Source: Octopus bimaculoides
Taxonomy: Eukaryota
Length of the DNA: 46,822 nucleotides
Assembly: GCF_001194135.2 (NCBI RefSeq)
Contig: NC_068982.1
Span: forward strand, 44,109,560 to 44,156,381
Reading direction: 5' to 3'
Shown here: piece after piece, positions 36,082-46,822 of the stretch
Layout of the letters: the number at the start of each line of letters is the position of its first letter
Numbering within the stretch: the first letter of the stretch is position 1
Notes under the pieces: model-generated
Told to the model about the DNA's origin: nothing
Database searches by the model: none
The model's input: the letters and a program-made list of their open reading frames with translations, nothing else
Position numbers and translations under genes: made by a program

Positions 36082-38760
36082 GAGGCAGGGAGGACAGGGC
36101 AGGGGAGGAGGAGAAAACATTTCATTGAGGTTCTTCTCAGCTTCCCTTTTTATTCAAAGAGATCAACCACTTCCCCCATTTTTCAGACAGGGAGGGAGAG
36201 AAACNNNNNNNNNNNNNNNNNNNNNNNNNNNNNNNNNNNNNNNNNNNNNNNNNNNNNNNNNNNNNNNNNNNNNNNNNNNNNNNNNNNNNNNNNNNNNNNN
36301 NNNNNNNNNNNNNNNNNNNNNNNNNNNNNNNNNNNNNNNNNNNNNNNNNNNNNNNNNNNNNNNNNNNNNNNNNNNNNNNNNNNNNNNNNNNNNNNNNNNN
36401 NNNNNNNNNNNNNNNNNNNNNNNNNNNNNNNNNNNNNNNNNNNNNNNNNNNNNNNNNNNNNNNNNNNNNNNNNNNNNNNNNNNNNNNNNNNNNNNNNNNN
36501 NNNNNNNNNNNNNNNNNNNNNNNNNNNNNNNNNNNNNNNNNNNNNNNNNNNNNNNNNNNNNNNNNNNNNNNNNNNNNNNNNNNNNNNNNNNNNNNNNNNN
36601 NNNNNNNNNNNNNNNNNNNNNNNNNNNNNNNNNNNNNNNNNNNNNNNNNNNNNNNNNNNNNNNNNNNNNNNNNNNNNNNNNNNNNNNNNNNNNNNNNNNN
36701 NNNNNNNNNNNNNNNNNNNNNNNNNNNNNNNNNNNNNNNNNNNNNNNNNNNNNNNNNNNNNNNNNNNNNNNNNNNNNNNNNNNNNNNNNNNNNNNNNNNN
36801 NNNNNNNNNNNNNNNNNNNNNNNNNNNNNNNNNNNNNNNNNNNNNNNNNNNNNNNNNNNNNNNNNNNNNNNNNNNNNNNNNNNNNNNNNNNNNNNNNNNN
36901 NNNNNNNNNNNNNNNNNNNNNNNNNNNNNNNNNNNNNNNNNNNNNNNNNNNNNNNNNNNNNNNNNNNNNNNNNNNNNNNNNNNNNNNNNNNNNNNNNNNN
37001 NNNNNNNNNNNNNNNNNNNNNNNNNNNNNNNNNNNNNNNNNNNNNNNNNNNNNNNNNNNNNNNNNNNNNNNNNNNNNNNNNNNNNNNNNNNNNNNNNNNN
37101 NNNNNNNNNNNNNNNNNNNNNNNNNNNNNNNNNNNNNNNNNNNNNNNNNNNNNNNNNNNNNNNNNNNNNNNCTCAAGAACACAACGCGTTGCCTGGTCCA
37201 GGAATCGAAACCACAATCTTACGATCATGGTGCTGAGACCCTAACCACTAAGCCATGCGCCTCCACATATATATATATATATATATGTGTGTATATATAT
37301 ATATATATATCATCATCATCATCGTTTAATGTCTGCTTTCCATGCTGGCATGGGTTGGACAGTTTGACTGAGGACTGGCAAGCCAGATGGCTGCACCAGG
37401 CTCCAATCTGATCTGGCAGAGTTTTTACAGCTGGATGCCCTTCCTAACGCTTACCACTCCGAAAGTGTAGTGGGTGTTTTTTACATGTCACTTGCACAGG
37501 AGCTAGTCCAACGACACTGGCAATGACCTTGCTCGAATGTTGTTTTTCATGTGCCACCGGCTCAAGTGCTAGTAAGGCGACACTGGTAACGATCACGCTT
37601 GAATGGTGCTTTTTACGTGCCACTGACACGGGAGCCACTCAGCCATTGCCAGTACCGCCTGATTGGCCCTTGAGCCAGTGGCATGTAAAAGCACCCACTA
37701 CACTTTCAGAGTGGTTGGCATTAGGAAGGGCATCCAGCTGTATGTAATTTAGAGAAAAACCACCAATATACAATTCAAACAATGAAGTAGACCAATCACC
37801 ATCAAGAAAAGTGTACTGTACAAAATACTAATTTAAAAAGCTATAAAATCTAAAAGAAAAGTATAAAATCCATAAAATCAATAGAATACTAGACTAAAAA
37901 TTTAATTCAACTTAGTAAATTGATAAAATAGAAGGTAATGTGTTGACTACATGCTTTTCGTGGTTATATTATAGTAGAAAAAACCAGTACAATTCACAAT
38001 AAATTGATCAAGATTATATTCTACTCAAAATACAGTCACTCATCAGGTCTCTGGAAAAAATAAGAATTCAAATAACGTATCTTACTAAGTAAATAATAAA
38101 AATATCAGCACTTGTAAGAAAGCTCTTGTTAGTACAATAAATGAAATGTAAACGCTTAATACCAATCATTCAAGTTAAAGGTATGAATCATCTAAAATAA
38201 TATCTGTGGACTAATGGTAAACATCTTTATGAACAGAAATATATATAAAAAGGTAGTGTTATTAAATAAATAAATATGAACGTTAAACAATATTAGTAAA
38301 ATAAACGGCATCACTTATCGACGATCTCTTGTGAACTAATTTTAACCTCAATGTGTAGAATTTATACGAAGTATGTCACGTGACAATATGGCACTCCTCC
38401 GTGAACTCAAGTATTAATTAAGCTTAATGCATATAATTTATAATTTATAAATCACATGACAATATGGCGTCTCAGGAAGAAGAAAGAAGAACGTATTATA
38501 ATGAATAAAATGACAAAATGTGTAATAGAATAGGGGAACTAACCTATAGCATACTATTTACTGGAAGATTAAAATTTTAATTATAATTAAAGTCTAAATA
38601 ATAAGAACTAATAAACGTAAGAGGTATCTCAAGTACGTAAATAATGCTACATTTAAAGGAATAAATATATTTCTTTAAACTTATTATTTATCACTAAATA
38701 TTCGCTTCTACGAAATTATTACTACAGCAAGTAACTTAGAATAAGGTTTGTATAAACACA

Positions 38761-39240
38761 TTATCTAAACTTATATAAATAATTCAACTCACGTCTACAT
38801 TTAATTTTACGTTCATCTTGGGAATTTATTAATTTTTTTATGATCAGTTAATATCTCCTTAAACTCGTTAGTACATAATGAACAAAATTTACTACCTATT
38901 CGATAAAATTTTGTCTTACAAATTATCTCCCATTTAAATTGTACTTAATTCCTTTCGATTTAAGTTCCCATATGTATTTACTAAGGCCAGTGGAACTAAT
39001 TAAATTTCTATTCTTAAAATACATATGTTGAGCCACCCGTGATTTAATTTTATTAGAGGTTGAACCAATGTAAGTAGTGTTTAAATTATAACTATTCCTA
39101 TTATTATCATCATTCAGAGCCACTATACATTTATATACTACATCCTCCAAATTACATTTATTATTAAATTTGCATTTAGTCTTATCTCTATATGTGCAAT
39201 TAGTTATATTCTGGTCTTTATTATTACTATTATTATTAAA
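38761..39240 (-). mobile_element. Penelope-like element remnant: GIY-YIG endonuclease C-terminus
   Basis: NCTYRDKTKCKFNNKCNLEDVVYKCIV...YIGSTSNKIKSRVAQH...LSKYIWELKSKGIKYNL, then after a frameshift WEIICKTKFYRIGSKFCSLC, and after a second frameshift ...KCRRELNYLYKFR*. This is the Cys-linker plus GIY-YIG layout of PLE ORFs. Confidence 0.85.
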
Positions 39241-39310
39241 TATTATTTCCCCTCAGCTATAACTGTTGATATTCATAAATAAGTGTCACTACATTTTCTC
39301 TATCTGTATG

Positions 39311-39349
<39 letters not shown>

Positions 39350-39388
39350 ATGATTCGTTGTTTTGCCAACTAAGTAGAATATGCTTTG

Positions 39389-39419
39389 CTGAAGAGGTCT
39401 AATAAGGTTGAAACATGTC
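39389..39419 (+). ncRNA. Minimal hammerhead ribozyme core next to the Penelope remnant
   Basis: CTGAAGA-GGTCT-aata-AGGTT-GAA-ACATGT-C: intact core, wobble-rich stem II, palindrome ACATGT and a GUC triplet. Stem I is poorly conserved. Confidence 0.55.
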
Positions 39420-40461
39420 CCATCCATCAAGATGATCTTAAAGACCAAGACTTTCATATGCACTGTCCATATTTTTCAAAAATTTCAATTCGAAAAAACT
39501 CATTGATTGTATTGTAAACATCTATGTACCTCTAGAGGGAGATCTTGTTCAGATGATTTTATTTGATAGAAGTTCTATCTCTCGTTGCATTACATATGAA
39601 TGAGATCCCACCAAATATATATACACACACACACATATATATGTGTTTGTGTGTATGTGTAAGGTACATATGTATGTATATATTTGTGCATGTGTGTGTG
39701 TGTTTCACACCCATCATATAGTGAGAAAATATCCTTGAAGACTCAACAGAAAGGGGGGAGTGAAGTCATTGAGAGATCTCTCTAAACTTCAATTTTCCAC
39801 CTCTCTCCCTCCCTCCCTACTATCGGGCTACCCTCCAAAACAATCAACCTCCAACCTTAACCCTCCGTCTACCCACATCACCTTTCCTTTCAATTTGCTT
39901 TCCAGCTAAGTCCACCCTACCACCACCACCATCACCACCACTACGAGACTCAACATATCTTTCTTCATATTAAATCTCTTTTTCTCCTCTCTCCTCTAGC
40001 TTTCTCTGTTTCTGATTCGCCCACCACCACCACCACCACCACCACCACCACCAGCATCAACACCACCACATTTGTTTCACACCACTTTCCCCACCCCATC
40101 CCATTCACATACATCATAANNNNNNNNNNNNNNNNNNNNNNNNNNNNNNNNNNNNNNNNNNNNNNNNNNNNNNNNNNNNNNNNNNNNNNNNNNNNNNNNN
40201 NNNNNNNNNNNNNNNCTTTATATTTTTACCCTAACACCACCACCACCTCCTTTTCTGTGAAGACAAATCATGTACCTCCACATAGCAAAGCAAGACACCC
40301 TCACACTCTGACCCTTATAAACTCATCCCCAAACAGCAACAGCAACTGGACTCAGAAACACACACACACACACACACAGCTATATTCATACACATACGCT
40401 AACTAACATCACATATATTCCTTTACAGAGAACATAGACATACAAGCATACAACATCCATA

Positions 40462-40517
<56 letters not shown>

Positions 40518-43102
40518 TAACACTGATGCACATAATTATACACACACACACATACACATAAAGAGTAAATTAGGTTGTTTATTCCACTGTTTGTGTGTGT
40601 GTGTGTAGGCCCATATGCACTTGCGCACACGTTTGTGAATTCATTTAATGACTTTACAGTGAATGGGGTAGAGTGAGGAGGGAAAAGTAGAGGTAGTGAA
40701 AGGCATGAAGTAGCCAGAAGAGGGGGAGGGGAGGAAGAGGAGAGAAAAGAGAGTACAACAAACAGAATGCATGCCATGGACACAACCACCATCGCTGTAA
40801 ATAATAAATATATAAGGAGGAGGAGAATAGGAAGAGGAAGGAAAAAAGAAGGGAGAGAAAAGGGGAGATAGAGAAGAGGGGACACAAGAAAGTTATGAGA
40901 AATGAGAGAGAGAGAGAAAGGGGGAGGGATAGAGTATTAAGTATAAAAGGAAAGGGGAGGGATAAGGTTAAGGAGAAACCATAAGAAATGTGAGAAGTAG
41001 CAGGTAAAGGAGGGAGAGAGAGAGAGAGAGTAAGAGTTTGAAGAGGGATAGGAGGTAATGGTGAGAGAATAATAGTTTAGAGAGAGGTGCAGAGGATAAA
41101 GGAGAGAGTGTACAAAATGAGAAAATTAGAAAGAAGAGAAGAAAATGTAAGAAATGATATGGAAAGAGGGAGAGAGAGAAGGAGAGAGACAGAGACAGAG
41201 AGAAGAAGAGATAGAATAGGGTGTGCAGGGAAGAAGAAGAGATAAAGAGAGTAGAGAAAGGAGTAGGTGAGAAAAGTAAAGGGTAACAAGCAGACAGTTA
41301 CTGATAGACTAATAAGTAAAAAGAGAGTGAGAGGCAGAGAAGAGAAGGAAATTGTGATGGAGACAGAGTAATTGAGTGAGGTATGTTAAAGTAAAGAGAT
41401 AAAGATAGAGAAATGAGGGGGGGGGGCAGGAAAAAAAGAAAAACTGATACTACTGAATAAAAGCAGCCCTTCACTCTTACCACCTTTCATGAATAGGACC
41501 TCTACCATTACAACATACATATAGTAAACAATAAGCTAACACACACACACACACACACACACAAATATATGTGTGTGTGTGTGTGTGTGTCTGAAGTATG
41601 TAAGGAAATGAAAAGGAGAGTGTAAGAGAAAGAACAGAGGAGAGAGGGAGAGTGAGATGGTGTAGGTAAAAGTTTGAGAGCCATATGTACGTGCAAGTAA
41701 GAGAGAGAGAGAGGGGGGAGAGAGGGAGAGAGAAAGAGAGAGAGATGGTGGGGTGCACCGGTGTATAAAATAGAGGACTTCCAGTGTGATGCTCTGAAAT
41801 TTCCCAAAGTGACTTGTAGCATTGGCTGGCTGGTTGGCTGGTTGGCAGACTGACTGAGTTGACAAGAATGGAAAGGGAGACAAATAGGGAGGGAGAGAAG
41901 AAGCTATAATAGTATGCAGTTATGAAAGACAGGGGGAGTGAACTCTGTCTGTCACACACTCTCTGTCATTATTATTCCTTCACTCACAGTCTTTGCTGTC
42001 ACTTCACACAACTTTTACCCCCTCTTACACTGCTGTTATAAATCTTTACCTTTTCCTCAATTCCCTTCTATCTCTCTCTCACCATTTATCCTTCCTCCCC
42101 ACTCCACCCGTATTTATCTCCCTCTATTGCTATCACATTGTCCAACCTGCCCCCTAAAACACACGTTCTCTCTGTCTGTCTGTCCTCTCTCTCTCACTCT
42201 TCCCCACCATCATCCCACTTCACATTATATTACACAGTTCTTTAAGTTCTTATTACATTCTCCCACTTCTCTCACTTTTCCAACCTTTCACTCTATCCTT
42301 TAACTCTTACTACTTCTCTTCTCATCTCCCTGCCACTTTCTACTTCTATCAATACTTATTCTCTCTCTAACTACTTCTTGCCAATTCTCTCACACGGCAG
42401 TCTCTCTCTTATAGTTTCTAATAACTCTATTTATCCTGTCTATTTCTCCCAACTAATCTCTCTCTCTCTCTCTCTTAATACATTATGCATGTATCCACCT
42501 GACCTTACCAATCTTTCTTTCACATTCCTGGTGTAGGGTAGGTTTCCAATCTACCTCCCACCCTCTGTGATCCTCCTTCTCTTATACCCTTCACACTATC
42601 TGCCTCTCCTCCACTCTTCTGTACAAAACAATATTTATCTAACAGAAGACAGACAGATGCTAACACACACACACACAGGATAAGAGAGAGGAAGAGAGAA
42701 AGAAAAGGAAAAGAAATAAAAAGCATTGATAGAAGGAGACAGACAGGGACAGACCATTGACCTTCTTCAACTCTTGGTTTTCACTCCTCCTACTAGCCTT
42801 TTTATCTGTCTCACTTTCCCCTCCCATTTAAAAAAAAAAATTTTTTCTAGTCTTTATAACTTCCGTTTCTTTCATTTTTCTTTTTTTTTTGTCTCAGGGC
42901 AACCCTAAGGCCACCATTATTGCCAACACTACCACCACAAAAGATGTATAAGGGCTACCATTCTGAACACATACATTCATGCAATCTGCATTGGATTATG
43001 TGGTCCAGTGTGCTTCGAGTCTGAGGAAGAGACAGAATGATTATGGATGGAATATCACTTTTGGGCATAAAAAAACAAGTTTGTACATTTTACAAATTCT
43101 AT

Positions 43103-43371
43103 TTAATCATCTTCAAAATGCTCCCCTTGGGAGCTCAGACACTTCTCCTAGAGGTTCTTCTATTGTTGGTAAGACCTCTGGAAAGCCTTCTCTGGAATGC
43201 TATGGAGCTCCACAGCCACTTTGTTCATAATATCCTCTTATGACACAAGCTGTTTCCCTTTCAGCATGGTTTTCAGCTTAAGGAAGAGCCAAAAGTCACA
43301 CAGTACCAAGTCGGGAGAGTCAGGAGCCTATCAAAAAAATGGTGTTTTGTTCTTGACAAGGGAAATTGGAT
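43103..43371 (-). mobile_element. Mariner transposase C-terminal remnant
   Basis: PDSPDLVLCDFWLFLKLKTMLKGK...IPEKAFQRSYQQ*KNL*EKCLSSQGEHFEDD*, matching the YSPDLAPxD catalytic motif and the G(D/E)YFE end of mariner transposases. Multiple stops. Confidence 0.85.
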
Positions 43372-43373
43372 TA

Positions 43374-43961
43374 TGAGGTGCATTCAAAAAATATCCAACT
43401 TCATTTGCTTGCCGACACTCTCCGCATGCACAAACCCTCTTTTAAAATGGAATGCACTGATCCTGTGCTTATTCTCACTTTCCTGGATTGTTACACAACA
43501 GTCTTCCACGGCTATTTGCTCAACCCTTTCAATTGGTCCCTCATTTTGACTTGTGGATGGCCTACTTGAGAGTGCTTCACTGACCACTGAAGTGTAGCCA
43601 TCTTTGAAGTAATTGTACCACTCCTTCGTCTGAGTTTTACCCATGGCATCATTGCCAAAGTCCTGCTAGATCTTTTGGATGGTTTGAGCTTGTGTATCCC
43701 CAAGCTTTTGGCAAAACTTAATGCAATATCTCTGCTCAATGCATTCAGTCATCTTGCATGGAAACGAAAATCCAACGAGAGCACATTACACGTCAGTACT
43801 ATAGTCATCACAGAGAGGGAACTGTCATGGCCTACCGGCACAAAAAGTTTCATGGGTGTGCAGGGATGGTGGCATCACCTCCAACACAAAAGTATTTTTC
43901 CCACGCAACATTAATTTTCACAGGGAAAAAATAAGGTCTGATATGTATTGGATGTACTTTG
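43374..43961 (-). mobile_element. Mariner transposon internal-deletion derivative (TIR to TIR)
   Basis: ATG at 43752: MTECIEQRYCIKFCQKLGDTQAQTIQKI*QDFGNDAMGKTQTKEWYNYFKDG...SRPST (mariner HTH region). Degenerate ~29-bp TIRs (tgaggtgcattcaaaaaatatcc... at 43374 and its inverse ending near 43961). TA at 43372-43373. Confidence 0.8.
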
Positions 43962-43968
43962 TGTGTAC

Positions 43969-44005
<37 letters not shown>

Positions 44006-45432
44006 CATGCATGTGTGTGTGTGTGTGTGTATGTGTTTATCTCGCCCACTGCTTAACAATGGATGTTGGTTTGTTTACATCCCCTATAACTTAGCAGTTC
44101 ATCAAAGAGGCCAATATAATAAGTATCAGACTTTAAATAGGTAGTAGGATTCATTTGTTAAACTAAAACCCTTCAAGGTAGTGTTCCAACATGGCTGCAG
44201 TTCAATGATTTAAACAAGAAATAAAATAAAAAAATACACAAATTACCAAACTAAAATTCTCTTTATTTTTCATTTTCTGTTTTTACATTCTGTACCCAAA
44301 TGACCGTAAAATGAATTAGAAGCATAAAGCACTCTCTTACCTCCCATGAAGTTTAGTTTCGTTGACACTTTTATTGTTTATTTTGTGTTATAGCAAGACG
44401 TTTATATTTACGATTTCAGTTCATAATTTCTTAAAATTGAATATGTTTTGCAATACACCTAGTTACAACTTGCAATACAAACAAGTACTTTGACCATGGT
44501 GCACTAGGAGCATCGTGAAACTACATAATTTTGATACCTTCTTTCCATCAACTACTAGAAAAGCTATTCATGAATGTGCACTGGCATTCCGTCAGTTACA
44601 ACAAGGGTTCCAGGCGATCTGGTCAATAGAAAAGCCTGCTCATGGAATTAACATGCAAGTGGCAAATAATGGAATATCAAGGATGTGACAGCTGGAAAGG
44701 AAAATCACTCAGCTTTTGCCTTCTAGCACTCAGCTTGGTGCTTATTTTCAGCTCTGTAGAGAGTAGCCATCTGAAAAGAAGTGCCTTGCTCAAGAACACA
44801 ATCATCAACTTAACACTCTAATCAGAAAGCCATGCACCTTCAGAGTAAAAAGCAGCAGAACAGAACACACATAGGCATGGCATCTGGCCAATACAGAGGA
44901 ATAGCAATGTTCATGCACAAACAGTACATTCAATCCCAGTACCTAATGATTGTCAGCTTAACACCCTAACCACTAGGCCATGTACCTCTGGAGTACACAG
45001 TTATAGTAAAGAAGGCAAAACAACACACAAACACAACACTCATAGATCTGACATTTAGCCAATGCAAAGAAATAGCAATGTTAATCTACAAACAATACAT
45101 TCAATCCATCATGGATTATGTCAGTCCTACTTAGGCTCTCCAAATCTCTCTTGTAACAAATAACAAAGAACACAAAACAGAGTGTTTTTGCATTATCAAA
45201 GGTTGTGTATAAACCACACCCACAGATCACTTGGATATTGAGGTGCAGGTACAAAGGACTACCCAACTACTAAAAACTATGCCATTTTATGTTTACACTC
45301 CCCTTCAAACATATAAAAACACACTCCAGAAAACTACTATAACATGAACCAACAAGTTAGCTTCTCTGCAGTCACTGAATCTACAAGAAATAACAACCAA
45401 ATAACCTTCATCACGTGATGTATTTTTAAGAA

Positions 45433-45916
45433 TTGATAAGTTGCAAGGATTGTATTCAGACCAAAGTAAACAATACTTTTTGGAATATAAAGAATACGAA
45501 AGAAGCATTACTAGTAAAAATAAAGAAAGCTGCCCTATCACATATGGAAAACAGTCAGGACAGGATGAATTACAAAATAGAGACAGAAACAAAGAGGGGA
45601 AAACAACTAGGAGGATAAGAAGATGCACAGTCAGTTCTTGAAAGATATATCAAAGGATGCAGACCAAGGTAAAAGATGGCTTTGGCTACAAAATAGCTAC
45701 CAGAAACTGAAACAGAGGGCTTGATATGTGTAGCATACCAACAAACATTAAGAACTAATTACATCAACCATAGAATTGACCATGCAGTAGAAACAGATAA
45801 ATGCAGAATGTGTGGTGAAACTGGAGAGACAGTGTGGCATATTTTGACGCAAATGCTGCAAATTAGTCCGGAGAGAATATAAAAGAAGGTATGACAGTGT
45901 CACCAGAATGATGCAG
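45433..45916 (+). mobile_element. R4/Dong-clade (restriction-like endonuclease) non-LTR retrotransposon remnant
   Basis: With frameshifts: LISCKDCI...KMHSQFLKD...RWLWLQ...ETEGLICVAYQQTLRTNY...KCRMCGETGETVWHIL..CCKLVRREYKRRYDSV. This is the post-RT region plus CCHC knuckle. Confidence 0.8.
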
Positions 45917-45984
45917 TCCCCTTGAAATGAGGAACTCCAACTAGGGCCAATCAAGGAACCCCTCCCACCAACAGATCCACAAAT

Positions 45985-46162
45985 GGTATGAGCCCTCTCT
46001 CTTGCTCATCAATCAACAGGAGCATTCTGAGAGTGGGGCCATTCACTCTAACCATTTTTGCCACAGTCACCCATCTTTCCACAAATTCACTGGGAGGTAG
46101 CACTTCCCTCTCCACCCTCACTTTCCTTTCTAAGCAGAACTTAAAAAAGTTGATGAGAGCTT
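45985..46162 (-). mobile_element. Probable L1/Tx1-like LINE ORF2 C-terminal remnant
   Basis: ALINFFKFCLERKVRVEREVLPPSEFVERWVTVAKMVRVNG resembles the L..F....RvE......F..rW end of Tx1-type ORF2 (recognised from memory). Confidence 0.5.
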
Positions 46163-46822
46163 TAAAAATAATAATGGTTTCAGATTTTGGCACAAGGCCA
46201 GTAAGTTCAGGGAAGGTGGGGAGTAAGTCGGCTACATTGACCCCCACTGCTCAACTGGTACTTATTTCATCGACCCCCATCCCCTGAAAGGATGAAAGGC
46301 AAAGCTGACCCCAGCGGTACCGCTAAGTATTTTGCCTGGCATACTGACAATTCTGCCAGCTTGCAGCCTTGGCTTTAAAAACAATAATAATAATAATAAC
46401 CATTTCTAATTTTGGCACAAAACCATTAGTTTTGAGGGGAGGAGATAGTCAGTTATATCAATCCCAGTATTTGACTGGTACTTTATTTTATCGACACCCA
46501 GAAAAGATAAAAAGCAAAGCTGACCTCAGTGGGTCTTGAACACAGAACCCTAGGATATAAAGTGCCAGAAGAAATGCCTCAAAGCAATTTTGTCTGACAC
46601 ACTCCTCCACCCACCACCACCACCACCACCACTACCACCTTCACTTCATTGTCTCTTCTACAACCTTTAATTCTCCCCCACCCCCACATACACACACACC
46701 AACTATACCATTCACAATCTCTGCTACCACAATCTCTACCACCATAAGCACAGCTTTAAATTCCTCCCACAATACCATTCACAATCTCTATCATCCTAAA
46801 CCCTAACCCTAACAACTACACC

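Noticed and set aside
61-46287. Most ORFs in the supplied track (YIYI, HTHT, CVCV, ERER, SLSL, poly-X)
   Set aside because: They are translations of microsatellites, low-complexity tracts, N-gaps or SINE antisense strands.
46796-46813. ccctaa-ccctaa telomere-like repeat
   Set aside because: Only two units, embedded in C/A-rich low-complexity sequence.

Overview
Eukaryotic (animal) genomic DNA from a gapped draft assembly with nine N-gaps. It is AT-rich and saturated with (TA)n/(CA)n/(GA)n microsatellites and SINEs. The repeat families look like those of coleoid cephalopods, most likely Octopus (recognised from memory, not searched). Almost all ORFs in the supplied track are microsatellite or gap artefacts. 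One clear host coding exon is present: the terminal coding exon of a ZIP11/SLC39A11 zinc transporter on the minus strand (26134-26212), whose upstream exons were not found in the sequenced part of the window. A few short candidate exons of unknown genes are also noted. The rest is a layered transposon landscape: at least five SINE-like families, RTE, CR1, R4/Dong, L1/Tx1-like and Penelope-like (GIY-YIG) retroelement remnants, mariner remnants, piggyBac-like MITEs, a hAT-like MITE and a non-autonomous Helitron. The most notable unannotated signal is a set of minimal type I hammerhead ribozyme motifs with palindromic stem III, the architecture known from Penelope-like elements. The best copy is at 292-381 (-) and another is at 39389-39419 (+), beside the GIY-YIG remnant. 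No prokaryotic features (CRISPR, operons) are present, and I found no convincing evidence of a wholly new system.
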